This document shows positions 23,279-37,620 of a stretch of 64,000 nt of DNA, one piece after another. This stretch comes from Utricularia gibba (Eukaryota; Plantae; Magnoliophyta), in NCBI GenBank assembly GCA_002189035.1, contig NEEC01000013.1, positions 558,001 through 622,000 of the forward strand. Reading direction: 5' to 3'. Made by a program: the position numbers and the translations under genes. Positions within the stretch are counted from its first letter, which is position 1; each line of letters begins with the position of its first letter. Below the pieces are notes generated by a model that had not been told where the DNA came from, ran no database searches, and was given only the letters and a program-made list of their open reading frames with translations.

Positions 23279-25541
23279 ATGGATTCTCAAAATGCACCAT
23301 TGGATTCTAGCTTATTGTATTTATAAGATCATCATATTTTCAGTCGCATTTTAAGTTGTAAAAATTTGAATAATATTTTTACATTTACATTGGAATCTTA
23401 TTTTACATGATCTCTACTCTAGTTGCCAAAATTCTTGATCTTTAGGGATTTTATGGAGTTTTAAAAACATATCGAATTTTATATGACTACCACTTACTTA
23501 CACCATTGATAGAAAGATGATGGCCTGAAACCAAAACATTTCACCTTGTTTGTGGAGAGGTAATATACTCCTTTATACAAATGTTGTTCTTAAATAGTTC
23601 ATTATATCCAATTTTCTTTATAGGTTACAATAACTCTACAAGATATATTTGTTATTTGGGGTTTTTGAGTGAATGGTCTTCCCATTTAATACAAGAGGAC
23701 ATCCAGAAATCAGAATGAGTGGCTTGAATTTCTTGAAAGTAGATTTGGGTGAATAGTAGCACAACTTCAAAACACAACAAAATTCTTACTTTCAAAATTT
23801 AAAGATTATGTTGAGGAGTTTGGGAAGACAATTGGTCTCAATTTAGAGCAGCTTGATATAATGTGATAATTCTCCAATTCTTTGTTTGATTTTTAAGTTA
23901 TCACTAATTCTATTGATTGTAAGTATACTTGTTGTATTGTTGCTTTGATCGCATGTAGTGCTTTTTTCCCTAATACGAAAGGGAGTGAAGGTCACCTTGA
24001 CTATATGGATTTATTCACTAATGATGAAGAAACTAAACAACTTAGTTGAGGTTTAGCTGTTTTGGCTTATCTTTATTGTACGCTAAGTGAGGGATCCATC
24101 TATGGAAGATGGACTTTAGGTGGACCTATGCGACTTTTACAGGTTTTTTAAAATTTTCATAGACATTTTTTTAATTCTTCAAAATATAAAAGACTGTTTT
24201 TTAGATATGGGCTTTGGGCCAAATCCGGACTTTATCACTTAGTGTACATATGCCGATTTATGGTACATCATATGATCCAGAATGCCACATGATTTATGGT
24301 TGGAGGTGAACAATTTATGATTATTTTAAACATAAATATCTTTTTTGTAATAATTGATGTTTTTTAGTGAAGGTAAGTTACATATATGGAATGAACAACT
24401 ACGTCTCACAATCAACTATTTTTTTTCAAAGATAGTCTATACTTTATTGGACACGACAAGGTGAAAATCAAACTAAATAACTTTTTAATGTATATTTCTG
24501 ATTTTTTTATTTTCAGTTTATTTGGCAGCTATATTCGAATAAAAAATTTCAAGTTGTTGAAGAAGATTCCCGTAAAATTTGGACATATTGTGGGCCTTTG
24601 CTCTTTTTTTGAATATTTGAACATCACAATGTGTACAAAGTGACACGTTAGTATTGATTACCATTGTGCATTCCACCAAATCCAATCGATCCTCCACCAA
24701 AACATTGGACTTTTAAAGTTCAACATTGGGAATCAAGAAATGATCACTATTTTGAGACTTGGAATGCAAGGATGGAGAACCACTATCAGTCCCCGGATTC
24801 TATAGCAAGTGAGAAAGAATATTATGAGTGATATGAAAGAGTCTTAATAAGATTTCTTGGAATAATGCCGGCAAATTTCAGTAAAAGTTGGTTAGGAGGA
24901 GTTGTACAACCTCTTGCATATGCGGTAATAGTATAATTTTATATCTACTTTTTAAATTTTCAAGAGTCTTATATAATTGATTTGGTTAGTAATATTTTTT
25001 TCTTACATTTCATCATGTAGGCATCTCAATTTGATAACATGGCCAACATGTCCTCTACTGATTTGACTATGATGAGAGATTTAGCTAAGATTGCCTCCCA
25101 TAGAGTTCAAAACTATTTATTTGGTAGATCATATTGGTTTTTGATGCATGTAGAGCCTCATCCGGGAGAATCCTGTCCAATTAGTCATCCAGACAACCCT
25201 TCTGTTTCATGATATCCATCACAGGATTATTTGCTGGCTTCGCAGTTTTTTAGTAATTTGATGCCGACATATCCAACTCAGAAGAGATTTGGTCCACAAT
25301 TTACCCTCCATTACGTGCATCCACGCCCAACACAATGGAGTACACCTTATGAATTTCAGACACCACCTTACGTTGGTAGCATGAATATGGGTTTTCTTCG
25401 ATGGTGGGAAGACCTTCTCCATGGTTATATGGGAATTCTACAACTCCAATTGTACCTACAAGGCCTAATCTAATGGTATCTTCATCGAGCATTTGTATTA
25501 CGCAAAATAGATATGATGAAGAGGAGGATGAAAACAACTAG
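23279..25541 (+). pseudogene. Plant Mobile Domain (PMD, aminotransferase-like/MAIN-like) gene, multi-exon, disrupted
   Basis: MDSQNAPLDSSLLYL; YDYHLLTPLIER*WPETKTFHLVCGE; AFFPNTKGSEGHLDYM...LS*GLAVLAYLYCTL; FIWQLY...IWTYCGPLLFF. Confidence 0.88.
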
Positions 25542-27136
25542 CACTTGACTTTTGTTTATTTTTGTATTGGTGCGTTTTGAACATTTGTTGTTTGTTCATA
25601 CATTTTTCTATTATAAGTGACTGCGAATCTGAAGATTTGGTAAACATGACTTTTGTAACCTTATTGTGTTACCTTTCATACTTAAAAAGAATGTTTGGAT
25701 TTGTAGCTAGGAGTAGAAAGTTGTGCACTTTTTCCTAAAATTGCTCAAACTACCTTTGTTACCCAGAAATAGTTTTCGGAGTCCAACTTTAAAAATTTGT
25801 AACTTAATCTTGAATGATTGGATTTACATTATTCTTAATTCTTTAAGTAGATCTATTGCTTACCTTTCAAATGAATCTTTTACATGAATCTAGTTTCAAG
25901 ATTTTTAGCTAAGTTTAAGGCTTCTAAAATATATTTAGTTTAAGCAACTGTAGAATTGTTTTTATGCATACTATGTAAAATATGTGTGATGTGAATTAGG
26001 AAAATGAAAAAAGTTTTGAAAGTATGGTTTGAGTCATGACATAAATAGTACTTAATATATTAAGGAATAAGAATATTTATTAAAGAACAATATTTTATTT
26101 ATTCAATAGTTACTTAGAGTAAAAAACCAAAATCATTAACATAAATACAATACATCAGTCATCCATTTCATTTGAAATTCTAGTACCATGATAATGACCT
26201 CTTCCATGTTTATCACAATGTTTATCACAATGTTTATCATGATACAAGTACCAAATTGCTTGATGCTATTTTTCTTCTTGACATAAATCTTGTAATACCT
26301 TATCAGTATACTACATCCACAATAAATCAAAAGTCGATTCACAAATGACCATTTGGTTTAATAGCATTCGGCACCTTTTCCCACATTTTAGAACATGAGA
26401 CAAGGAAGTTGGTGACTTACCATTTTCCATATGTGCATGTTTGTGATTGTAAATCAACTATTTTTTGATTTCTTTTTGTGCATTTTTTCAAAACAACATA
26501 AACAAAGCCAACAAGATGATCAAGATCCCAATAGTATAACTGAAATTGCCCTACTTTTTATTGTTGTTTCTGAAACCATGCATTTATCTTGTCTATGAAA
26601 TCTGGTTTATTATCAAATACATTAAGCATGAATCATTTATGAATTTCAATACAAAATAATTTGCAATAACATACCTCTCTATTATCATTGAAATGAGTAA
26701 TCTCTTGATGCCTTGTAATAAACATTGTTTGTGTCCAATAGAAAGTAGAATCCACAATGCTGGAAATTGGATATCTTCGTATTTTTTTAAAAACTCCATT
26801 CATGCATTCTACCTGATTTGTAGTCAAATATATGTGACACTTGCCATTTTCAAATGCAAGCGTCCATTTTTTAGTATTATTCAAAATCTCAGGATAATTT
26901 AGCCATTGTGTTGCCGCGTGATGAATAAAGATTTCCTCCATGTATCCTTGGAATTTTACCTTATTTAGTGTAGCACCAGCCGCATATAAATGTTATTTGA
27001 AGTCCTTTTTTACAGACTTGTAAAAATTGGAAACAAAATGTCAAAGTCATCAACAAAGAATAAGTATGCCATTTGTAAATGCTTGCATAGAGCTAATAGT
27101 AGCCAATATACCAGCATGACGATCTGAGATGATTGT

Positions 27137-27827
27137 TGATAACACATATTTTTGAGTGACTCAATGTAGGAATTTACTCATGTTGTGCTACAAAAATTAT
27201 GCTTTATTGCCTAATTTTATATTTTTGCACATAAGTACCGTAGTAGTGTCAATTTACCGTAGTACCGTAATAGTTGCTTTCTGGTATTTGAGTGTGAAAT
27301 GAGCACATTGTGGATGATGTTTTTTTTTCCACTTTTTTTTACCTTAAGCATGAGTGGCTAAGTACTTAGGGGGGTGCCTTGGGGTAAAAAGGGGAGAAAC
27401 ATGTTAATCAACCTTTAGATCTAAACAACCATGAGTCGCGCCACTTCATTAACAAACCAGGATAGATCAAAGAGGGGGAATTAGTGAAACCCAACTTAAC
27501 AACCCTAATTAGAGGTAGACCAAAGATTAGGGGAAAAAACAAGAATTCGGGTAGACCTAGATCTTGTGAGTTAGTTGTATGATATGTGGTTTGTATGAGT
27601 TTGTTTAGTGATAAGCATACATCCCCTAGGAGTTCCAAGGCATCACCCATTCCATTCTAGAAACAACCGAGCTCCAGAACTTATTACTTTTCTTTACTGT
27701 ATTTCGTTTTAGTTCTGCCTTAATTTGCATTTAAGTCATAATTGTATTATGTTTTAATGTGTATTAGGTTATAAATTTATTTGATAGGAAAATTTGCATT
27801 TAACGACATTGCAAAATTTTTCGTTTA
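27137..27827 (+). mobile_element. LTR family A copy, internally deleted, lacking terminal TCA
   Basis: Starts TGATAACACATATTTTTGAGT and ends TTTTTCGTTTA. Homologous to 6257, 37633 and 60214. Confidence 0.88.
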
Positions 27828-28059
27828 GGTACTATATGTTCACCTGAATCGTAACAAACAACAATTAACAATTTATGATCATACCTGTACATAAAATTAT
27901 AAATTAAAGATAATAAAATATATAAATCGAAATTCTAAAATTAAAAAACATTACCTTGCATAAAAATATATTGCATCAATAGAAATCACTAGAGTACATA
28001 GTTGATATGCATCAAGTCAAGGCTTAAATTCTATAAGATATGATATTCGAAAAAAAAAG

Positions 28060-29707
28060 ATGAAGAAAAGAAAAAGTGGGTTGCAACTTTGATTTTAAGT
28101 GACTTTGGAGGGATCAATTCTATAAGATATGATCTTCGAAAACACTCCTCAAGAGGAATCTACTCATGCATACTTGAGTGATGAAATGACATGCACACTT
28201 ACACTTCTGTAGCTCATGCATCGAAATTTACTCTCAGTTTTTATGTTCATCACTGATGCTGAAGGAATCAGTTTTTTGCTAGTCCTAGGTAGGACTCGGG
28301 GACAAGTCTAATGTCGTTGTAGCATAGTATGATAGCACACAAATTTTCATGTTTTAGGATAGCAAAATCACAAATTTTTAATTATGTTTAGTTGTTAATT
28401 TTATAGTTTTAAGTATTTTTATATGATTAGAGAAAATGTGATTTTTGGTGTATTAGTGGGCTAATTCAAAGGATTTAGCCCACCCCATGTTCTAATCGGA
28501 TTTTGAGTCTAGCAGCAACTCAAAAATCATTAAAAAGTCAAGGATTTCGTGCAAGTCATCGTGCAGTAGGGAGCAATGAGTACACTATCATGGCGGCAGT
28601 CTGAAATTAAGGGGCAGAAGCAGTAGAGTTGTCAGAGATTGAACTTGCCATGGGAATTGAGAGGCGAGAGAAAGATGAGGAGAGAGAATCGCAAAAAGAG
28701 TGGGAGCTTCAATAGTTTGCAGAACACACATGAGGAGGTTTCTCCTCCAACTCAAACATGAAGAATACTAAAGGAGAAGGAGAAGGAGCTTCAATAGAAG
28801 GAGAAGAACCTCCAACCTGAAGGAAGAAGATCAAGACTTAGTCCAACGCTACTATTCCGGCCTGTGAACAGTAGTCTATGGAAACCAAAGCTATCACTTC
28901 TTTACTTTCGTTTGTTGACATTTTAAGTTTTTGCAACCAACTCCTTCACGATGTTTTTGACATTTTCGTTGTTTCATATTAATGTTATCATATTTTACCT
29001 TAAAAGTATGAGTAGCTAGAACCTTAAAGATGTCTTAAGGTGAAACATGGTGATGTGGATCTAGGATTCATGAAAAAAATTCATCATTGTTTCTTAGCTC
29101 TTGTTTTTATCATTCCATGGGTAGACCTAAGGAAGGGAACAAGTAGCTTAACAACTAAGATGCTTGATTTAGAGATAAACCAACAAATCAAGATGGGTGC
29201 AGTAGGTGTTGGTCCGGGGTAGAACCAATAAAATCAGGTAGACTTAGTTCTATATGCTCTACATGCGGGTAGACCTAATTGCAATGGTAGTGATAATAAT
29301 GAGGACTAGCTTAATCGAAAATATGATGAATGACTTGGATAGATTTAGTTTATTTTAAGTTGTGAGTGTACGAATATGGTAAATTAAATTAGGCATTTTA
29401 GTACCACACCACCTACAGACCCTTAAGGCATCTTAGTATTACTCTGAATTAGAACCAGTATTTGTTACCTTTAGCGTTGAGATTCGATATTGTTTACTGA
29501 CCTTGTTTACTGAACTTGTTTACCACTCTTGGCCCGAGCTTAAACTAAGACTCACTGTTATTCTGAATTGTGCATTTGCTGAGACACTAAACAAGCACAA
29601 GCTCCTTGTGATCGACACCGACATCCACTATACAAGTTTTCTAAATTTGTATTTTGTGTAGATTAGGGGTTATAAATTAATTTGAGCAAAGTAGTATTTC
29701 AGCATCA
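28060..29707 (+). mobile_element. LTR family B (28330-29707) with preceding internal 3' region
   Basis: TGATAGCACAC...CAGCATCA. Inverted homolog of 20-1560. Confidence 0.85.
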
Positions 29708-31074
29708 AATGCATTTATTTACTTTTGCTCACACAAAACTGCAAATGATTCTTAATATGAATGATGAACACAAAAATAAGCTTTTTCTTTGGATTTAAAT
29801 CCCAATCCAACTTCTAAGATAGGATTATCAAGATCGTAGCTCATATAAATACATCTGATTGCAAATTCATTTGCAATTATTGATTCTCCACTCTTAAATA
29901 ATATAGCTAACCTTTCAGATATATCTCCTGTAAATTTATATATCAAACTTGCTGCATGCAAAACATACTTGTACAATGGCACACTATTGGATGCCATTGT
30001 GATATCAAATGAAAGGGGTGAATAAGTCAGGATATGAATACAATCCTCTATTTATAATTCTTTTATAGAATTATTTATTTACTTTCACATTCACGAGATA
30101 CATTTAAAATTAATGACAACCCATATTTTCATGTCCATAAGGCATGATTTTCTAAAAGATTCATCTCCCTTTCTTGTATTTTCAACTATCTTCTCGAAAA
30201 ATCTTGATGATTGGTCGAGACTATCTGACATTCTCAACCCGTCATCAAGATTGTTCATCATCTCGATGACTGGTCGAAAATGAAACCAATTTCACTCATT
30301 AATTGTAAAAGTAGCCTACATTTCGGTTTTCTCCATTCATAGATCTGGGGTAGGATTAATATGGATGTTGAAAATAGTGCCACATTGGAAAATGAGAAGT
30401 ATAACTGGACAAGATATTTTATGTGAAAAGGGGACTTTTTGAACATAGAGAAAAAATCTAAAAGAACATAGAAAACTTCAAAGATGAAGCAAGAAGAACA
30501 AGTTTTCAAGGAGAACCAACTTCATGCTTGAAAGTAAGTGATTGCACAACTTAGAAACTTAATTCAGAGGTTGAACAAAGAGTTCAAATGAGCAGGTTAG
30601 GCGTTATTTTCAAATAGAATCAATAGAAACGAGTAGACCTAGTTCTATTTATTTCATAAATTAATATACAGATGCATGACATGAGTAAAGAAACTAGAGA
30701 ATATTGTGACTGAAAATGTAACAAACAACCCAGATAGACTTAGATTGTTTGAAATTATGTAGTGTGAAAGGATGGAATTTCATCACCATTCTACCAGAGT
30801 ACTGCATTACATTTCTCTTTGTGCAAAACTTTGAATTTATTTACTTTCTGCAATGTTATTTGATCTAAATTACTTGTTTCATGTGACAATGCTAGTTTGA
30901 CCTAGAACTAAAAGTACAATTATTTTGTGATCTTGTACTTGATAAAACACATAGTAAACACTTGGTCCTTGTGATCAATCCTCAAACCTACTATACAAAT
31001 TTGTACTGAATTTTTTTTGTGAAGAATAAAAATTATAAATTTATTTGATACGAAAGATTATTTATTTGGCAACA

Positions 31075-33450
31075 ATAAGCATTTTTGAGGAAACAGTACA
31101 AATACTCTTTGATTAATATCAATCTCATAATCCACTCATCATGGCAGATCAATCCACTGATTTCTTTTTTTATGCTTCTCCTTCTCATTAAAGAATGAAA
31201 ATACTTAAGTTCCCATCTCCTTCTATATGCCATTTTAATTTCACTTGTTGACAGTACATGTTTGCTTGATGTCTCATTAATCTCCATACTTCTCTCTAGT
31301 TTTCCATCTTAAATTCTTGCTCTTTATAGTTTAGCTCTGTTGATTCTACAGCAGCATTTCACTTGGTTATTTACTCCCAATTGTTTCCCAATATCTCTAA
31401 AAACTTTCTTGTTCCATTCCTTCAACTTATCTATAACGAATTTCATTTTTTCTTTCAATGTGTAACATGCTGCTCCTTCCACCTCGGCACCATTCCATGA
31501 TTCCTGAATGAATTTCTAAATCTCTATTAATTAAAAAATTTAAAGGGTCATGGTCCGAAATCTCTATTTTCTAATCTCAATATGATGAGACAATGATTGG
31601 ACAAATATCCTTTGAACTCATTGATGAATGAAAAATTTAAAAGGTGTCAACGACTTAAAGTTTTCTTCATCAAAAGTAATTTATAAATTGAATAAATAAT
31701 TAATATCTGAGAAAACATGGAATCATTGTAGTAATAGTAAATTTAAGTTGATCCGCAGAGAACAAATTGTTTTTACTTGCTAGTCTTTTGTGCAAGTAGC
31801 ATCAAACAAGGTTTTTTGTTTGGAAGTGAGTTTCTACTTTAATTAAAATTTATAAAATTCATCTACTAGATTCTAATATGAAAGCATCGAATAAATATGT
31901 AAACTGGTATTTCTAGAAATTAAAAATAAACATTACACTTAATTCGAGATTAAAGTAAACATGATCAGATTAAACTTCATCTTCATCTTTTTGGGTTCAT
32001 GTGAAAATGGTAATAGAAATAACTAAAAAAACATGTTCAGCTGTTGAGGGACTTCGAGCAAATTAAACATTCTAACAGAAAAGGTAACTAGCTAGATGGT
32101 TCTACAATTAAAATTTGGAAATGAAATTTCGTAGGAAAAAAAAGTTCGTTCAATGCTCTAGTTTTGATCTCGCTTGTGTGTCATCTTCTTCTCAAATTGC
32201 TGATCTTTGAGATTCACTCTTGATAATCTCAATCATTGTTGCAGTTTTAGATGTTAGAGGTTAGTTCTAGTGACATTAGAATTGTTCCTCCTTCAACTTC
32301 TTCTCCGAAAAACAATAAAATGTGTGGAATCCCACTTTAAAACAAATCTAGTTGAAGATATTCTTCACCCTCTCTCTACTTGATCTACTGACCCCTTGTT
32401 GTGTGTTCTGACCCCTTGTTCCTTCTTTTGCACTGCCTTTCTGATCCTCTAATGCATGCTGATGTTCAATTTCCATTCTACCCCCCTACTAATGATGACT
32501 TTGCAGATTGGTCAGATTACACGATTCAACGGTCTCAATTTAATCCTAAAATCACCCAGCCCTCATAGTAAAGAAAAAAATGACGCAAATCATGTTTTCA
32601 TAAATAACAATTTGTCTAATGTGAATTTTGACATTTTTTTCTATTCTAATTCACATAATTCTATTACTATATCATTGGAAATAGTATAATAAGATAAAAT
32701 TTGACACAAAGTCACTCATCCAAAGTTAATCGTTTCCATTCCACTGATAAATCCTTGGACATCACACATCTATCTATTCTACTCACTTGTGTTCCATTGA
32801 TATTATACCATGTTAACTTTCTTCATTGGAGAGGTATTTTAGTGTACCTCTTTTAATAAAATTGTCAAAATCCTCCATCTCAACTCTATTGCCATAGTGC
32901 CCTCCTCTCTCACTCATATTTGCCACAATATTAAAGTCTTTCATCAAACACATATATCCACTCTCATTATCATGCAGTATCTGCAAGTCTTCCAAAAAAA
33001 TGTTTACTCTATTTGACCGGTTGTAGCATAACTGTTTTATTGTATAACAATTGAATTCCAATCCTTCCCACTTGCCTACAACTCTTACAAAACCAATTCC
33101 TTCAAAGACATCTTCCTTTACAATGTATTGTGGGTCCCAAATTGATATCAATCCCCCTAATTTAGTTCGGTTAGTTTTGAATGATACTCGACTCTTAATG
33201 TCTTTCATGAATTTAAAAATAACTTCTCTGTTATCTCCTCTAATTTCAATTCTTTAACTGTTTTAACAATCCCTTTAAGTATTGTCTCTTTTCTACTATA
33301 ATTAAGCCTTGAATATTGATACTTATTAATTTCATTGATTTTTAGTTAGATTCCATTATCATTACTGCTATCGAACACCTAATTGCATTTACAATCCCAT
33401 CATGAACTTTGTCTCCTTAATTTGGTGGGCTGAAATTTTATAGTTGTCGA
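31075..33450 (-). mobile_element. LINE (L1) ORF2 endonuclease and tower region, interrupted by about 1 kb of unassigned DNA (about 31650-32700)
   Basis: YMCLMKDFNIVANMSERGG...EMEDFDNFIK; VSRIDRCVMS; DICPII; KFIQESWNGAEVEGAACYTLKEKMKFVIDKLKEWNKKVF; KWHIEGDGN..YFHSLM. Confidence 0.85.
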
Positions 33451-33599
33451 CTATAGATATTGCAAATAGTTTTGTAGTAACACCTCAAAAAGAACCATTT
33501 CATGTCAACATAGAATGTTCATGTGAAATTTTAAATGGCAGATGGGAGATATAGTGATTTGCTTCTTACTCCAGTAAAAAGAAAAGAAAAGTTAGTTGA

Positions 33600-36500
33600 G
33601 CATGAATCCAAGGCATTAAGGAAGTGAACTTTGCAAGGAAAAGTTCAAAACTGGCTCGAGAGGGTGACATGGGATGCTGAAATTACAATAATTATGGAAC
33701 ATGTAAAAGAGTATGTATGGGATGTGATCATTGAAGGGACACATCGAACATCACTTAATCATGATAGGAAGAGAAATAAACCCTAGATGATGACAATGCC
33801 ACTGCATCCAGGTCTATAAAATGATCTTGTATGGTGCACTCAATGGAAGTAGCTTTTGAAGATCTAATTGCTTTCATAATTGTAGTAATTAAGACAACAA
33901 CAATTGATGGAAGTATGTCTAATGATGACTGAAACAGTTAGTTCATAATAACCAAAAAAATCTGTTTCCAACAAAAAAAATGACATGCTTTTTAATCATC
34001 TATTGCACATCTTGCATACCCTACATTGTGCTACATCCCTTTTTCCAAGCGGCCGACATTATTGATTCTTTAGCAGCTGATTATATTTGAAATGCTTTTA
34101 TCTATAGAACCCATATTTAAAAAGTCACAAACTTTCTTCAAGGATAACATGATATAATAGAAAGATAAAGTAATGAAAAAGAAAAAAAACTTATAAAAAA
34201 AGGGTGCATGTGACATTCTAAAAAAAAAGGCTATCATCGCCAGAAGGCAGCTTACATATATAGAAGTATTGGCAAACAGGAGCTGCACTATGTCAATGAC
34301 CTCAAGTATAAGAGGTGCACACTATCAAAAGAATCCTTCATTTAAATTCTTGAGCATTTACTAGTGTCACTGCTAGAACGACATGATTCAAAAATTTCTA
34401 TGTTAGAATCTGTGAACAATAACTCTTAATGCACCATTGAGATGTTATCTGAAGAACATCATATCTTAGATATTCTCAGGCCACTCAAAATGCCTTTTGA
34501 CAAGTTGGGACAAAAGACATGAAAAGTCTTGATGAATCTGCCCCATAAGCTACAACAAAGTCATTCCAAGGGAATTTATCTCATGTTGGAAAGTTCCCTC
34601 CATGCTCTCATTGCAAAAAAAACCAATCATAAAGAGAATGTTTCTATAGGCTGAGTGCCTTTTGTGACAAGTGTAGAACCCTTGGACATGTGTCTAGAGT
34701 ATGCAAACACTCTCAAAAGGCTACAATGGTGCAAGAAATCGAACAAGATGTTCAGCATGATGAAATTCCATCTGATGCTGCCCCTGTGACTTAAGTGAAG
34801 TTCACTTGTGCCATGGCTTATCTTAATGAAGACTTCAGTGATTCATGACCAGATGGAAAATATGTACAGTTGAAGTGCTCGATTTCAAATACTTCAAAAA
34901 TAAAATTTTAAAGTCAATTGAAGTACGTAACAATTGGTGATTGGATAGTGGTTGTACATCCCATATCACAGGAAATAGGGACTTTTAAAGTTCCTTAGAT
35001 ATGACTTGGCTCAAGGAGCATTCCCTCACTAAATGGAAGTTTCTCTTTTCTTACATTTTTTGATGAAATTAGTGGATTTTGCAGGGTGTTTTTCCTACGG
35101 ACTAAGAATGCCACATTCGGAGCATTCAAATATTTCCAAGCTGAAGTGGAAAATCGCTTTGGGATCAAGATCAAGAACCAGGATAATGGTTGTGAGTTTT
35201 GTTCAACTTCCTTTATACTTCATCTGAAAATTAATGGAATCATTCATCAGTTGACCGTTCCATACAATCTTGAACAAAATAGTGTAGCTGAATGCAAAAA
35301 CAGGACAATGACGAACATGACCAGATGTACGTTACTTGAGAAACAACTTCCAAAATCGTTATGGGCAGAAGCTATAAATACTCAGTGTATTTACCAAATA
35401 GACTCCCCACAAAGATTGCATTGTATCAGACCTCATATGAAACCTAACATGGCTCTTAACCCTCACCAAGAAACCTTAGAGTATTTGGTAGTATTTGTTA
35501 TGCTCATGTTCTTGAAGGCAAACGAGATAAATTATCAGACATATTTGGGATATGTATTTTTGAAGGGCAGACTTGCAAAGGCTACTGGGTGTTGAATCCT
35601 TACACCTTGAAAGTCACGGTTGCTCACAACACCAAAGTGAATGAATAAATAAAATGGGATTGGACTAATAAATGCCTAGTGCATGATGCCTTTAGTGCAT
35701 TCGAAAGTCTCAAGAAAAGCAGACGTTTCGTATGGTTGAACATGATGCATAAGCTACTCAAAGGACTAGATCCCCACATGACATTTAACATCAATGTGGT
35801 ACTGTTGTATATGAGCCAAAATCAACCACTGATGTTGCGTCATATTTCAATTTATTTGAGTCAATTTCATTGATAGAGTATTAGGATTATGTGAACTAAA
35901 ATAGGAAAAATACCAAAACATGCATTGATCAAGTTATTTTCGGTAAAAATGCGACTTGAGCCATTTTTCCCTTAGTCCAAGTGCAAGGTGGTTTTATTGT
36001 TCTTCCCACCCCGTGTACGTTGGGTCCATTTGGGTTGGATTGCATTATCCAACTAGTTTGCGAAGTTGTCATCAGCATAGAGGCAAAACTTAAATTAAAG
36101 GTCTGAATGTTGAGGAAGGATAAGGAAGGTTGGTATAAAATAACAAAAAGATCACAACACATGCAACGAACTATGGCTGGCGCATGAGACTAGAGTGAAT
36201 AAAAAAAGGAAAAGATCTACTACCTATATAATTCCTTTCTCTCCAAAATATCACAAAAGTAATGAACCTACCAATCAACCAATGAGAGAATTCTTCTGTT
36301 TCAAAAAGATTTTTCTCCCCAAAGAGCGTTTTTGTGGTTAGAGTGGGAGAGAAGATGAAGGAGAGGCGTTGTAGTGTGATAGTGAAACTAATCTCATACG
36401 TCATAAGTGTAGCTAAAATCTGAATGATCCACAAGGAGGCCTTGGAATTTGTAGTTTAGGAAGAAGAAGGCAAGGAGAACTTAGAACTAGAGAATAAAAC

Positions 36501-37620
36501 AAACATTTTATTTTTCTCGCAAATCTTATTTCTTGCATCATATTTCATGAACATGCGCACTATTTCCATTTCATCTTTTCAATGTTCAATTTGTTCAAAT
36601 GCTTTCATCATATAATTTACATACTCTGGTATCTAAAAAGTACTTTTACATTAGGAACCATTAAAAGTTTTTATTTACATACTACTGTTATCTACTTGTA
36701 TTTAGATTACGCATCAAACAACCAACTAGAAACTATTTGATCTCTATGGATCGACCTAGACTTACTACTGCTACATTAATTTCTTTGTGAATGAAATGTG
36801 GTTTGTTTGTTTAGTTTACTAATTATTTTTTATGGGCAAAACCTTTTGACTTGCGACATTTATGGAATTTTCTATCCATCAATCACTCAAGCTTATGAAT
36901 GATGAGGCAACTCTAATCATGTGTGATAATAAATCTACCAATGCCATGATACATATCCTGTCTTCCATGGCCGCACCAAACATATCAAAGTGCATTATAA
37001 TGCAATTAAGGAAGCTGTTTGTGAGCAAGATGTAGATATTCAACTCATCCCAAGTGAAGAGCAGCTTGCTGATGCTTTCACAAAAGTACTACCAAAGGAC
37101 TGCTTTGAAACTCTCAGAAGAAAGCTTGGGGTGATTGACGGTGCATCCTTCATGGGAGCATGATGAAGATAGAAGAACAAAGTTTGTCATGTGTCCCACT
37201 TACTAAATTGGGACAATGATTATTAACTAGTCTAGTTCTTGGGTGTATTTCACCCAGTCAAATATCAATTTCCCTTTTCTTCTAGACATTGCAAAGCCCT
37301 AAAGTCTATGATTTTCAACCTTTTGTATTTGAGAAAATCGGTGCAATTGTTTGTTTCCGCCTTTCGACTACATCGTTGCTTCAACACCTGCAAGGAAACC
37401 AAATAAATCTTGGCAACTATTATTTCTTTCATCATGTTTATCAACAATAGAAGACTTACCCTAACTAGCTTTGCATGTTTGGAATGGAATGATGAAAGAT
37501 AAACTTGTATTGACTCATTGACCACATGGATTTCATTAGTTTCTAAGACATTGAAGTAAGTTCGACAAGTATAATTGCAAATCACACATCAATGAAAAAT
37601 TCATCTTACCATAGTGTTTG
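33600..37620 (+). mobile_element. Copia retrotransposon remnant: gag, protease, integrase and RNase H; RT missing
   Basis: DSKISMLES; zinc knuckle FPPCSHCKKTNH; LDSGCTSHITG; DNGCEF...GIIHQLTVPYNLEQNSVAECKNRT (35086-35595); MCDNKST...FHGRTKHIKVHY...QLADAFTK (36910-37140). A PPT-like GGGAGCA follows. Boundaries approximate. Confidence 0.85.
35871..36881 (+). mobile_element. Athila-type LTR inserted in the Copia remnant
   Basis: TGATAGAG...CCATCA termini and Athila-like LTR 3' motifs. The flanks TTCAT/ATCAC match only 3 of 5. Confidence 0.65.

Larger units (their letters stand above)
26100..29997 (-). pseudogene. MURA-like Mutator transposase, disrupted, with the middle deleted or replaced by LTR insertions
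   Basis: MuDR N-terminus ILEVGLGFKSKEKA (29752-29997); IISDRHAGI directly flanking the LTR at 27136; KKWTLAFENGKCHIYLTTNQVECMNGVFK; SWIM-like VDLQSQTCTYGKW near 26400-26460. The 3' boundary is approximate. Confidence 0.88.
22262..30334. mobile_element. Mutator-like element (MULE) with long TIRs and convergent PMD and transposase genes
   Basis: Degenerate long TIRs (GGGAAAACCGAAATATAGACTACTTTTACAATTAAT vs reverse complement GGAGAAAACCGAAATGTAGGCTACTTTTACAATTAAT). 10-bp TSD ATACATAGAT / ATTCATAGAT. Confidence 0.9.
21974..31074 (+). mobile_element. Athila-type solo LTR (about 1.0 kb; pieces 21974-22261 and 30345-31074) split by the MULE
   Basis: Starts TGATAACATAC and ends TTGGCAACA. Perfect TSD ATAAG (21969-21973 / 31075-31079). 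The 3' part resembles other Athila LTR ends (TTATAAATTTATTTGATA). Confidence 0.85.
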
